Below are positions 42,401 to 51,288 of a DNA stretch of 64,000 nt, one piece after another; the stretch's first letter is position 1; every line of letters begins with the position of its first letter. A program made the translations under genes and the position numbers. Where the stretch lies: NCBI GenBank assembly GCA_951406725.2, contig OX597823.1, forward strand, positions 16,988,001-17,052,000, read 5' to 3'. The DNA comes from Octopus vulgaris. Lineage: Eukaryota. The notes below the pieces were generated by a model. It made no database searches, had not been told where the DNA came from, and saw only the letters and a list, made by a program, of their open reading frames with translations.

Positions 42401-44285
42401 TTATTCCCTCTTGTCACCTTTGTAATATGAACATCCTGTCTGGTCTACCACCTTCTTACAATATAGTCTAGGAAATGCCAATGCTTCAAGTATGGAAGCA
42501 TCTTGATCACTTTCTATTTTCAGTCCGTTTGCTGAGTGTTGATAATAAGAAAAGGTCTGATCAGAGCACCAAGTGAGCAGAATTTCCCTATTTGAGTTGC
42601 ATTTATCCATACCGTGTTTGTTAATAACTCCATGCGTCTTCTCTGTCTTCTTTTTTTTTTGTCAAACATGGGCATTCATTCATTCTTTTGGCAGGTTTTG
42701 TTTTCCATCTTGCAGGACGTTTCAAAACTACCCTCTCCACTAAGTAAGCTTTCGGTTGGGTCAAGTCAGAAATCTGTGACTGGCAACCATGTAAGCCAAT
42801 GACAATCTGCATGTGATTGGGTTGTGATTGGGTAAGGAGGGTAAAAGCACCCTACACACTGTACACATACAAGATTACTACTACCATTAGTGCATCCACC
42901 GCACCTCACCACCAACCAGGGCTTGCACTAATCATGTTCCTAGTGCTTCCTTTCTAGAATGTTGACCCTCCAAAATTCCCTCTCTGTTCACATTTTTCCT
43001 GCAGCTGTTAATTTGCAAATGTCCAAAAGGGACATTAACTGTGTATCCATGCTAACATGGACACCAGATGTTAAATGATGATGATGATGATGATGGAGTA
43101 GAGTCCCTTCTTCCACACCAACTGAATACCATATAATACTATACTATCCAACACTACACATGACTTCATTACTGCACACCATTACATGCCCAGAACTATG
43201 CACTACAACACAAGAAACTACACTATACACAGGGCTAGATTAAGGCCATCTGGTGGACCGACAAAAGAAACTCCTTGATCCTTCCATTTTAAATGATAAA
43301 AGATGAAGACAAGAGGTATTGGATGTTAAACAACATTAAAAATTCAGTTTCCAAACTCATCATCATCATCATCATTGCTTAACCCTTTAGTGTTCAGATT
43401 ATTCTGTCAAATGTGATGTTTGTTTATTTATATTGGGCACGTAAAAAGCACCATCCGAATCGTGGCCGAAGCCAGTGCCGCCTCGACTGGCTATCGTGCC
43501 GGTGGCACGTAAAATGCACCAATCTGACCGTGGCCGTTGCCAGCCTCGCCTGGCACCTGTGTAGGTGGCACGTAAAAATCACCCACTACACTCACGGAGT
43601 GGTTGGCGTTAGGAAGGGCATCCAGCTGTAGAAACATTGCCAGATAAGACTGGAGCCTGGTGCAGCCTTCTGGCTTCCCAGATCCCCGGTCGAACCGTCC
43701 AACCCATGCTAACATGGAGAACGGACTTTAAACGATGATGATGATGATGAATTAATCATGTATTATCTTGTAGTTTAGAAATTGCAGTGATGTGATTTTT
43801 TAAAGTTTTAGAACGACATGGTAGGGCTGAGGTAAGAGGCGGGCTCTGGTCAGTTTCAATATAAAACAGGTTAAATATTCTGGCCAGATATGGCCAGTTT
43901 GAATGCTAAAGGGTTAACATCTATTTTCCATGCTGACATGGGTTGGATGGTTTGACAGGAGCTGACAAGCCAGAGAGCTGCACCTGTCTGTTTTGGCAGG
44001 GTTTCTATGGCTGGATGCTCTTCCTAATGCCAACTACTTTACAGAGTGTACTGGGTGATTTTTATGTGGCACCTGCACTGGTGCTTTTTATGTGGCACCA
44101 GCACCAGTGGGGCTGCTAAGTAGCTAGCAAGACAAAAACCACTTAGTTGAAAGAGGGAATGGAACAGTGGCTGTATGCCAGGCAAGAGGATTGAGTACGA
44201 TAAAGGGACAGAGATAGTTGTCTTACTATAGAGGAGATATTTGGCTACCCTAGTAGAGCAAGGAAAGTGGGAGAGAGTTAGAGAC

Positions 44286-44350
<65 letters not shown>

Positions 44351-47300
44351 AAGAGAGAGAGAGAGATGGGGAGATAATTTTATCAAATGTGACGTATTTT
44401 AAAATTTTATTTATTCATCACTGAAATAACTAATATAAACTATTTATTTTTAACCTGGACACCAGGAAAAAATTGCAAACCTCCATATTTTTTTTACATA
44501 ATATTTTACTGTTATAATGTATAATTTGTACCTTGGTTTTTATACAACGGTTATTTAATCAGGCCATGCTTGTACAAGACAACAAAAGGTTTTACTAAAA
44601 TACATGTGATGTGTACCACATTAAACCCCTACTACAATGTTTAATACAACACATTACTACGCTACACCACGCCGTTTAATACAAAGAAACTCACAATGCT
44701 GCCATATTACATATACCGCTCCCCAATTACAATAGTTAGTCGAAGACTATTACGTCTATACATTCCACCTATCTCTATGTCTTAAAATATCTACGAAAAG
44801 AACGGCACTATATCGTTATTGAACAGTTGTATCTTATTAAATAAAGCAACAAATAGGTAGCATTGGAATGTATTTGATGATAGAAGGAAACTTAGCCGTA
44901 ACCCTTTCGCGACCTTATCTCTGTTGAAATATTCAGCACGTGTTTAATTTAATTTTGAAAATAATGAACAATTGGTGTTTGGAACGTTAACATGAAATTT
45001 TGATGGAAGGTTTCGAGTTTGATTACACAATAACATTTTAAGTTTATACCATAGAACCAGGGGTGATCTCAGACCTGTTATCGTGTGAAGGTTTTAGGTT
45101 ATACAAAATGTTAGAAAAACGAAATAGATTAAGGGAAAAAAAAGAGAGAGAAAAGATACAGTATCAAATTTATTATCGAAATCTGTAGCGGTTGTTGGAT
45201 GCGACTATCACAGAAACCCCACCAAACCCTTCTTCATCCACGTGAACGGTTCAACGAGCACGTGTTCTACTGAAAACCCCTTTTGACAGGTATTAATAAA
45301 CACAGAGCAGGCTCAGTGCAAGCTTGCTTAATATATACGCCCCACTGGTTCGGATATAACTCGCTGCTGCTAGAAGTGGCGGGCTTCTTTCCGATGTTTT
45401 ATAATATTTTCTTCCTAATGCAAACATAAATGAGATACAGGAAGAGAATTCAAAGCGAGTTTTCTTTATTTTCTTAATGGCATATGTTCGCATCCACGTG
45501 TGTGTTATCGTTAAGGTCTTAGATTAGGTCTCAAAATATAAATGAATGCAGGAATCATTATTTTATTTACTTATAACAAAACTGAGGAATTACGTGTCAA
45601 CGGATGAAAAGTAATCAGTGTATAAAATCGAAAACAAACAAACAAAATTTAATTACATAAATATCGCAAATATTCCTTTGCTTTATTTCCTCAAGATAGC
45701 TTTTTCCTTTTTGCTTGAATATAGACAAGATTTCTTTTTTTCTTTTTAATCTTTCAGAGGTATAACCTACGTAAGTGTACAGACCTTTCAGACTTGTAAC
45801 CTACATAGTGTGTGCAAAAATAGACAATTAAATTCGCACACAACTCATTCATTAATTAATTAAGAGCATTTAAAATTTTCTTAAGGTTTGACAACAAAAC
45901 ATCGTCTCACACGACATTCTTGTTATATTTCCGTCAAGCTTTAATGTATCTGAACTCTGTGTACAATAAGCTTATTATATCGCGGGTTGAATCGCTAGAG
46001 CATCGGACGAAATGCTTTGTGGTATTTGCTGTCTCTTTATGTTCTGAGTTCAAATCCAGCCGAGGTCAACTTTGCCTTTTATCCTTTCGGGATTCGATGA
46101 AGCAAAGCATCCGACTAAGCCCTCCTTTTAAAATTGCTGGTTTTGTACCTTCATCAAAAACATGGGTTCGCAAATAAACATTTCTTTATTCAGAATATCT
46201 GTTAAATATCATAACAATAGTAATAATTCCTAATTTAGATACAAGGCCTGCAATTTTGTTGGGGAAGAGTTAGTCTATTATATATCGACTCCAATACTTG
46301 ATAGGCGCTTTATTTTATGGGCCCCCAGAAGGATGAGAGGCAAAATTGAATTCGGCGGGATTTGAAGGGCTTAACGTAAAGAACAAGAAGAAGAAATGTT
46401 CAAAGCATTTTGTGCATCGCTCAACCGATTTCACCACTCCACAGCTTTAAACAACGATGTTAATGCTTTTTTTTCTTTTCTTTTTCACTGAATTGTCTAC
46501 AGAAAGAGTCTCCTTGATTTCGTAAGACCTACAAAGGTCCTTCGAGGCCACTGAGATCGAAGCAGCAAACATTCTCGACTAATTTGGAAGTTGATACGTG
46601 CAAGGAAAGAATTCCGGAGGAATAACGTTCTGGTAAAGAAGGAATGGGCATAGTTGTTAGTGCGGGTCCGGCGAAGGTGGACACACTATCGGTGGCGTGA
46701 TGGTAGACAAGTGAGAACATAGGGCCTGAGAGGAAGGGGTGAGGACACTGTAGTATCAACAGAAAAGGCAGAAGGGAGAGACAGCACAGTCATTAATCAA
46801 AGGTTTGGTGAATGAGTTGACGTCAAACCAATCAGGTGGCTTTCCTTTGGATGTAGTCTAAGATTGTGTGTGTGTGTGTGTGTGTAGTAGCTAAACCATC
46901 TAGTATGTGAGAGTTATACTTCACTGTGGATCTCATCTGATGAGGAAGGCCAGTATTAGCTAAGCGGTTTAACTATGATGAGGATGTGTCTTTCCTAGGA
47001 GCAAGCCTCATTAATGTTAAGGCATAGAATTTGTTAAGACACCGAGGGTTCAAGTTGCAGATCGTTCATATTTAATTGTGTGGTGGGGATCATCTACTAG
47101 TACTTCCTTAATCTGTGTAGTATGCAGTCGAATAAGACAACACTGGTGTGACTTAATTGGGTAGATGTTTTTGAGGTCTCTGTTCGCGGAACTAGCACAG
47201 GCTTGGCATGAGACGTCCAGGTTGCATGTAGATGACAATTGAGTATGGTAGATGGAGAAATGAATGGAAATGTCTGTGTAGGATTGGGTGTTTTGGAGGT

Positions 47301-50300
47301 ATATCACTGATGTATAGGAGATGAAACCAAACCCTAGGATACACCAGAGTTGATACAGTTTGGGTCAGAGAGGGCACCATCAGAACATGTGATGGTACAA
47401 TCATCATGTTCAATGACATAAAACCAGCGATCTAAAATATGAAAAGGGGATGGAGCTCTCTCTATAGGTGGGTAGCTTTGTGAACTAAGTGTTGAGGGCA
47501 ACAGCCTTGTTTTCTTGGGGATGAAAGTTCAATAGTGAGTGACATAAGAGAGTAGGCCTCCAGTAGATTTGGCTTATGGAAGTCGCGTTTGTAATCACTA
47601 AAGTTGATAGAAAAGGTTGTTAATAGTTGTTTCTCTAATCTTTGATGTGAGTGCAATAAAAGAATAGTTGGCAGTCAGAGGTGCTACTTCTAATGGAAAT
47701 GGTTCCACGCTGTAATGTGTTTCCTGAAATCAGGATATATCCCGAGAGAGAGAGAGTCTGAAGCATTTGGTGAAGATAGGTCACAGTGTTTTGAGAGTTA
47801 TAGAAGGAACATTGTCAGGACTTGTTGATTGGGAGTCAATGGAGGTAATTTTGCATATAGTGTGTGTGTGTGTGTGTGTGTGTGCATAATAATGATCATG
47901 GTAAAGGCAACGAGCATGCTGGGTAAAATGCTTAGTAGCATTTCATCCATCTTTACATTCTGAGATCAGATCCCACCGAAGTTAATTTTACCTTTCCTCC
48001 CCTTCGGGGTCGATCAAATAAGAACCAGTTGAGTGAACACTGATGTCAATGTGATCAACTTACCCCTTCCACCAACATTTCTGGCCTTGTACCAAAATTC
48101 GAAACTAAATATGAGCATGGTACAATGGAAAAAGGTAGTTTCAGAGGTTTTCCTAGTGTGCACAATGTGGAGTTGGAAGCAAAGTGGACAGTGATAATGG
48201 AGGTTTTCTATGAAGGGGTATTTATTACAGCATACTCTTGCATTGATGAGTACTGTTTACTGAAATATACCTCACAAAATGTTTGACTTGTTGGTGCACT
48301 GGAAATCACTGTCAAGAAATTACTTATGCAATTCGCATGGAAAGTTTTTAAAACAGAATGCTATTGGAGTTAAAACTTTAGGGGGGAAAATGCAATAAAA
48401 CAATTACTTCTCTAGTTTTACGAATCATACTTCTGAACAAGGAATTTATGAATAACGTTTTTCAAGACTCAAGCATTAGTATGGATTTCCTACAACTATT
48501 TAAATCTGTTGAACATCTAAATAACCCTTACGCTATTTGAGAAATGTTGGCTTACAGAACTATGATGGTTGAGAAGTAGAGGTAAGGAGGATTTTGTTAA
48601 GCTGGATCGTCCACAGTTTAGAGATAGGCTGCGTGATACACAAAGGTATCCTTCACAATTCAGATGTTAGTTTTGCAAAAGCTGTTGCAAAACAGTTACT
48701 GTAAGTGAATCATTTGGAGGCCCTGGGGTTGATTTGGCTGCATATGGAATGTAGAAGGACATGCTTTTTAGGGGTTTTCAACCATTTTTTTAACCTTTGG
48801 GCCCCTTTGATTACTAATTTATTATGGTGGACCTCCATAGCCTTTCTATGTTTAAAAACTAGTTTCATAGAAACTTCTTTCAAAATTCCTATTTTGCTTT
48901 CCACACATTAACTTGTGAAGGTTGAACGATGTAAAATGTCAGAGAAAGAAACAAAAACAAAAAAAAGCAAGCTATTTCTTGCAATATATACCAATACATA
49001 CATCTAAAGCAAAATTTTCTCAGGGGCCCTTAAAATAATATTGTAGATCCCCAATCTACAGATATTTTCCCCTAGACCCCTCAAAATCTTATATGGGCCC
49101 TCAGGGGCCATACGGATCCCGGTTGAGAACAACTGCTTTAGATGATGCTTCCAGCCACCCGCCAAGCTGTTTCTGATGGATTAAAGGTAAAGCACATATA
49201 CTGCCAGAGATGGTTAGCATAGAATTGGCAGAGTGCCATAAGGGCCGGGAGCTGTGGGGTGAGTAGTGTACGGACACGTGAAGGATTGTTGTGATAAGAT
49301 AGCAGTCAAAAGGTGCAGAGACAGCGATGATTTGGAAGTGAGAAAAAGAACAAGAATGTTTAAGAGTGCCTGTGTGCCGATCATGGATGATAATAGATGA
49401 AGCTAGTTGATGTGGAGTTGAATGAAGAGTGCGAAAAATCAGTTTACGCACCGGCAGTAACAGTATGTGTGCTTTGGGGCCAACCGGCGATTCTTCCTCA
49501 ATCATTAAGATAAGAGTATATTATTGTCGTAATGAAAAAAAAAGGTAGAGTATATCATAAATCAATCCGCATTGAATCGTAACCGAACAATGTTATTTAA
49601 AATAATAGATTCCAAATGGTTTTAATTTCCTATTTATAATTCTAAATTACAATTCAAACCTTTAATGTCAATTACAAAGCAAAATTCAATGGAGCCTGAC
49701 ATTTGCCGTCCCGTGTGTGTATGTAGCATTGAACCGTCTAATTACCTCAGCAATGAATATACTTAATGATTTGAATCGGTAAATTAAGACGAGGTTTGGT
49801 GTTTAAGAAAACACTTCCTGTTTTCCCGTCAAATAATTGGGTGTGACTATAGGTAGCACTATATATATATATATATATATATGGGCGCAGTAAATATATA
49901 TGGGAGACATTTCGACAGACAGTAAATTCTGATAATAGCAAAAAAATATAATTTTCGAGATATTACCTAAATTTATCTATGTATTAGTATCAGAAGAGAA
50001 AGTCAAGTTGCAAGATATAACAACCAAATCTCTCTCACATCACTTCACTCACACCTTGTCTTCTTTCTTAAACAACGCTATATTGGACACAGGTACACAC
50101 ACAAAAATGGGGATTGTCACGACTGGAGCGCCTCCCGAAACGAGCTGTGACTAAATCAATGTATTTCAAATGGACAAGTAGATGTACTACTCCGCTACAA
50201 AATATAAATTTTTTGTTATTCTTCTCTCGTATTTTTTTTCTTCACTATGGTGTTGGATAAGTTTAAAATCATTTCAATTCTACTTCACATGGACAATTTA

Positions 50301-50613
50301 TCCGCTCCACCACCTTCCGATCCTAACCGGCTCCGCTAGGAGAGCCTGTCTCCTATATTTAAATTAGGAGTAAAACTAGGTTAAATACCATCGGAGCGAG
50401 TATTTCATACGTATAGGACTAAATGAAAGTGTGCTGTGGTCAGAAACGAATGATAAATGAATTAATAATATATTTGGTACAACGAAATTAACAACCTCGT
50501 TTTTTAAAAGAACTTCCAAGATTTCTACATAAGGAAATTGGTTTTTAAGCGCTATGTGCTCTAGGCTTTCTCATTCCAGTTTAAATCTAATCTGGGACCC
50601 GAAACACAAGGAC

Positions 50614-50653
<40 letters not shown>

Positions 50654-50878
50654 TTTATATAAAATTAATTAAGGGTAGAAATTGATATTTATCAATTAAA
50701 ACCAGTGGTCTAGCATATTAAAAAAGAATCCGAAGATTAAAATAGTTATATATACCAATTAAGGACTGAACACGAAAAGTGGACAGTCAACATGCTAGAT
50801 ATAGACGCCAAATCGCCATTCTCCACAAAAGATTATGTTCTCAAATCAAGATTTGAGAACATAATCTCAAATCAAATT

Positions 50879-50914
<36 letters not shown>

Positions 50915-51014
50915 CAACAATTGAGGGTAAAATTACTTAATTATTAATCAATTTCACCAAGTGTTCAGTATGCAAAGGGACCATTTAAGGCGAAGTAATT
51001 TATTTTACTAAGCC

Positions 51015-51051
<37 letters not shown>

Positions 51052-51288
51052 GCACATGCTCGTAATTTAGTGTTCGTCAAGGCGTACTATGAATTTGAGT
51101 TGGAGAAACTTAAACACATTAATTTATATATGTCTGCATGTGTGTGTGTTAAAAGCTGGCTGTATAACAAACAAAAGATGAGTGGAATACGTACCTAGTC
51201 TGGACGGGTCGTCAGAATCAGCCACGAGTTGTACTTCGTGTTTTTCAGTGATCTCCGTAGATCCATAACTACTACCATTTGACTCCAT
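234..51288 (-). CDS. SLC15A1/2: Proton-coupled oligopeptide transporter (POT/PTR2, SLC15A1/2 PepT-like), multi-exon and 3'-partial. Join of 51195-51288, 10079-10146, 8303-8396, 7372-7513, 5120-5197, 1966-2065, 1185-1275, 234-311
   Basis: Manual splicing at GT-AG sites gives one open frame: MESNGSSYGSTEITEKHEVQLVADSDDPSRL-EHKIVATNEFNNKLSGKAWGRIK-KIITMKTRFPSSIYYIIGNECCERFSFYGMK-AILILYLTKYLLLQPNAATSVFHVFNMLCYFTPLIGALIADSFLGKY-KTILYVSILYAVGNIVMALTAIPPPE-IAGPMVGLLLISTGTGGIKPCVAAFGGDQFGKGE-EKLVQSFFSVFYFAVNAGSLLSTLLTPVLR-ADVKCFGGDCYTLAFGVPAVLMIIAL. POT signatures are present: ExxERFxxYG, GALIADSFLGKY, GTGGIKPCV..FGGDQF, FYxxxNxGS. Orthology to SLC15A1 versus SLC15A2 cannot be resolved here. Confidence 0.93.
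1185..1275 (-). CDS. SLC15A1/2: SLC15 exon 7 (EKLVQSFFSVFYFAVNAGSLLSTLLTPVLR)
   Basis: ttttag acceptor, gtaag donor, 91 nt, phase 0-1; PTR2 motif FYxxxNxGSL. Confidence 0.96.
1740..1870 (-). mobile_element. Degenerate RTE-like reverse transcriptase fragment
   Basis: Translates MRQL*KCLAKSKPIYLAFINLEKAFDRVP, matching the RT F.DLEKAFD.V motif. Confidence 0.6.
1966..2065 (-). CDS. SLC15A1/2: SLC15 exon 6 (IAGPMVGLLLISTGTGGIKPCVAAFGGDQFGKGE)
   Basis: tttccag acceptor, gtatg donor, 100 nt, phase 2-0; GTGGIKPCV/FGGDQF motif. Confidence 0.97.
3458..3796. mobile_element. pogo/Tigger-like MITE
   Basis: Imperfect TIRs (..AACCTCTTATCCAG / CTGGATAAGAGGTT..) flanked by TA. Confidence 0.55.
3898..4305 (+). 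mobile_element. tRNA-derived SINE family A, full copy
   Basis: A-box TGGCTGTGTGG, B-box GGTTCAGTCC, CTTGGGCAAGTG CORE-like block, internal (TA)n(TG)n, tail ending GAGTAAAA; more than 15 copies in the window. Confidence 0.9.
4325..4560 (+). mobile_element. tRNA-derived SINE family B (central GCCTTTCATCCTTTCGGGGTCGAT block, Meta-domain-like)
   Basis: Diverged copy of the family seen at 20350, 20581 and 27252; B-box GAGTTCAAAT. Confidence 0.75.
4690..4862 (-). mobile_element. CORE-like tRNA SINE family D
   Basis: Minus strand TGGCCTAGTGG...GTTTCGATTCC...CTTGAGCAAAACACTTCATTTC; related copies at about 6565-6835, 19790, 29290 and 41460. Confidence 0.7.
5120..5197 (-). CDS. SLC15A1/2: SLC15 exon 5 (KTILYVSILYAVGNIVMALTAIPPPE)
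   Basis: tttttag acceptor, gtaagt donor, 78 nt, phase 2-2. Confidence 0.95.
6835..7207 (+). mobile_element. SINE family A
   Basis: Near-identical to 3898-4305, 5' end truncated. Confidence 0.9.
7372..7513 (-). CDS. SLC15A1/2: SLC15 exon 4 (AILILYLTKY...PLIGALIADSFLGKY)
   Basis: atttcag acceptor, gtaagt donor, 142 nt, phase 1-2; PTR2 motif GAxxADxxLGKY. Confidence 0.97.
7750..7995 (-). mobile_element. SINE family B
   Basis: Reverse complement of the family B sequence. Confidence 0.8.
8008..8285 (+). mobile_element. RTE-LINE 3' UTR-derived element with (GAT)n tail
   Basis: Matches the 3' UTR of the RTE at 33101-34108 (TTGGCGTTAGGAAGGGCATCCAG ... GGACGTTAAACGATGATGAT). Confidence 0.85.
8303..8396 (-). 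CDS. SLC15A1/2: SLC15 exon 3 (KIITMKTRFPSSIYYIIGNECCERFSFYGMK); internal ATG at 8384
   Basis: attttcag acceptor, gtaag donor, 94 nt, phase 0-1; ExxERF motif of TM1. Confidence 0.97.
9102..9402 (+). mobile_element. tRNA-derived SINE family C head with an alternative 3' tail
   Basis: Head shared with 25050 and 55713; tail CTGCGATGGACTGGCATCCC... differs. Confidence 0.8.
9415..9777. mobile_element. Tc2/pogo-like MITE
   Basis: Imperfect TIRs CCGTATATA..GGATAGGTTGCAT / ATGCGACATATCC..TATATACGG, followed by TA. Confidence 0.6.
10079..10146 (-). CDS. SLC15A1/2: SLC15 exon 2 (EHKIVATNEFNNKLSGKAWGRIK)
   Basis: Polypyrimidine tract plus ctttgcag acceptor, AAG/gtaagt donor, 68 nt, phase 1-0; bridges exon 1 and exon 3 in frame without stops. 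Confidence 0.8.
10426..10620 (+). repeat. (GAA)n tract of about 65 units
   Basis: 195 nt of GAA with four interruptions; source of the poly-K and poly-F ORFs. Confidence 0.98.
11087..11485 (+). mobile_element. Non-autonomous Helitron
   Basis: A|TC start, subterminal hairpin CCC..GCAACGC.GGG, CTAG|T end, internal duplication of about 100 bp. Confidence 0.85.
11995..13015. mobile_element. Two RTE 3' UTR-derived elements in opposite orientation, with a Helitron 3' end (about 12328-12388) between them
   Basis: GTGCC..TGGCAC-AAAAAGCAC units, (GAT)n/(CAT)n tail, CCCGAGCAATGCCGGG..CTAGT. Confidence 0.75.
13745..14137 (+). mobile_element. Non-autonomous Helitron with a second internal sequence type
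   Basis: A|TC start, same 3' hairpin and CTAG|T end as 11087 and 21564, different interior. Confidence 0.8.
14221..14621 (-). mobile_element. SINE family A
   Basis: Full reverse-complement copy. Confidence 0.9.
17058..17941. mobile_element. Head-to-head pair of SINE family A copies (17058-17503 minus, 17517-17941 plus)
   Basis: Two full copies in inverted orientation separated by about 13 nt of TA repeat. Confidence 0.9.
19143..19430 (+). mobile_element. RTE/RTEX-like LINE 3' fragment
   Basis: IYGRLPPVSSLVKGRRVQFVGHCCR...LLLWKP...RGRTLSYPDVISRDTG...MMDPEVWR, then a (TGA)n tail. Confidence 0.7.
19428..19570 (+). repeat. (GTA)n/(GGT)n compound trinucleotide repeat
   Basis: Seen directly; explains the poly-G/S/H/Y/P ORFs. 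Confidence 0.95.
20350..20803 (+). mobile_element. Two tandem SINE family B copies
   Basis: Head-to-tail copies, each ending TAAAGAAAT. Confidence 0.85.
21221..21343 (-). promoter_or_regulatory. Candidate internal SLC15 promoter and non-coding first exon (about 21293 to 21221)
   Basis: Minus strand: DR1/HNF4-like TTGGCAAAGGTTA (21343-21331), TATATAAG (21324-21317), CA initiator 31 nt from the TATA start, ATG-free exon, gtaagt donor at 21220. Confidence 0.5.
21564..21960 (+). mobile_element. Non-autonomous Helitron
   Basis: A|TC...CCCGAGCAACGCCGGG-CGATACTGCTAG|T; first part near-identical to the 11087 copy. Confidence 0.88.
22240..22943 (+). mobile_element. Degenerate RTE LINE 3' end
   Basis: Homologous to the 33711-34085 ORF region plus 3' UTR and (GAT)n tail. 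Confidence 0.8.
23032..23251. mobile_element. piggyBac-like MITE family 1
   Basis: TTAA TSD; CCCTTTCGTTAC / GTAACAAAAGGG TIRs. Confidence 0.85.
24494..24791 (+). mobile_element. CR1-clade LINE 3' fragment
   Basis: Homologous to 25974-26200; GTGCACCTGAGCAC stem-loop and (ATT)n tail. Confidence 0.8.
25050..25436 (+). mobile_element. tRNA-derived SINE family C
   Basis: TGGCCCAGTGG A-box, GTTTCGATTCC B-box; near-identical copy at 55713-56079. Confidence 0.88.
25974..26725 (-). mobile_element. CR1-clade LINE, 5'-truncated (ORF2 C-terminus 26043-26555)
   Basis: VRPHLEFASSVWNP...LESVQRRATKRI...YSERL...LRRL..DL...TRGH...FFTLRVAEAWNKLP, typical of CR1 ORF2; 3' stem-loop and (ATT)n tail. Confidence 0.9.
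27252..27483 (+). mobile_element. SINE family B
   Basis: Well-preserved copy; reverse-oriented pieces at 27912-28236. Confidence 0.85.
29038..29259. mobile_element. piggyBac-like MITE family 1 (inverted relative to 23032)
   Basis: TTAA TSD, CCCTTT..AAAGGG termini, reverse complement of 23032-23251. Confidence 0.85.
30626..31394 (+). repeat. RTE 3' UTR-derived element with eight 67-bp tandem units, inserted in the TA tract of a SINE-A fragment
   Basis: Unit starts at 30638, 30705, 30772, 30839, 30906, about 31046, 31113 and 31180; (GAT)n tail. Confidence 0.9.
31781..32145 (-). mobile_element. SINE family A
   Basis: Reverse-complement copy. Confidence 0.85.
32648..32853 (-). mobile_element. 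Penelope-like repeat fragment containing a minimal hammerhead motif (32747-32781)
   Basis: Minus strand GTTT-CTGACAA-AGAGCTCCGCTC-GAAA-CGTA-AAAC; second copy at 35956-36150; adjacent to (TA)n. Confidence 0.65.
33101..34108 (-). mobile_element. RTE-clade LINE, 5'-truncated (ORF C-terminus 33711-34085 plus 3' UTR)
   Basis: EASMLRWMC...RRLHWYGHVARM...GRGRPRKTW, typical RTE C-terminus; (GAT)n tail. Confidence 0.92.
34509..34729. mobile_element. piggyBac-like MITE family 2
   Basis: TTAA TSD; CCCTTTGGTGTT / AATGCTAAAGGG termini. Confidence 0.8.
35324..35650 (-). mobile_element. SINE family A (head truncated)
   Basis: Reverse-complement copy. Confidence 0.85.
35956..36150 (-). mobile_element. Penelope-like repeat fragment with a minimal hammerhead motif (36044-36078)
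   Basis: Paralog of 32648-32853, embedded in (TA)n on both sides. Confidence 0.65.
36702..37900. mobile_element. Tail-to-tail SINE family A pair (36702-37112 plus, 37412-37900 minus)
   Basis: Two copies in inverted orientation about 300 bp apart. Confidence 0.88.
38101..38608. mobile_element. Palindromic element; each arm is a tRNA-like head plus a hammerhead-ribozyme-like module
   Basis: Inverted arms of about 235 bp; A-box TGGTGTAGTGG and B-box GAGTTCGATTCC; CAC-CTGATGA-stem II-GAAA-NNTT-GTG. Confidence 0.8.
38152..38195 (-). ncRNA. Minimal type I hammerhead-like motif (probably decayed)
   Basis: ACAC CTGATGA AGGCTG GAGAGCGTAT CAGCT GAAA TGTT GTGT; mirror copy at 38513-38557 has ATGATGA and GAAACATT. 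Confidence 0.6.
39845..40163 (-). mobile_element. SINE family A, diverged
   Basis: Reverse-complement copy with deletions. Confidence 0.75.
40573..41267. mobile_element. hAT/Charlie-like non-autonomous element with a nested RTE 3' UTR (about 40685-41090)
   Basis: Perfect 8-bp TSD TACTAGAT; TIRs CAATGGTTCCTAAA / TTTGGGAACTACTG. Confidence 0.85.
43383..43913. mobile_element. piggyBac-like MITE family 2 with a nested RTE 3' UTR (about 43435-43750)
   Basis: TTAA TSD and the same termini as 34509-34729; it splits another RTE-tail element. Confidence 0.85.
45239..45500. promoter_or_regulatory. CACGTG E-box cluster in a CpG-containing unique region
   Basis: CACGTG at 45239, 45259 and 45495 (also 44937); TATATATTAA on the minus strand near 45330. 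Confidence 0.3.
46500..47850 (-). mobile_element. Highly degenerate LINE (RT region and 3' part)
   Basis: Remnants such as INSGV..G / LLYISDI with many frameshifts; clade uncertain. Confidence 0.45.
48769..49135. mobile_element. hAT/Charlie-like MITE (degenerate)
   Basis: TAGGGGTTTTCAACC / GGTTGAGAACAACTG TIRs; no clear TSD. Confidence 0.55.
51195..51288 (-). CDS. SLC15A1/2: Putative SLC15 first coding exon (MESNGSSYGSTEITEKHEVQLVADSDDPSRL)
   Basis: ATG preceded by an in-frame TAA about 30 nt upstream; unique CpG-containing sequence; CTAG/gtacgt donor in phase 1 matches exon 2; no homology evidence available. Confidence 0.65.

Noticed and set aside
45758-45770. Possible 13-nt plus-strand microexon (tttcag...gtaagt)
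   Set aside because: No partner exons or plus-strand gene evident; likely chance
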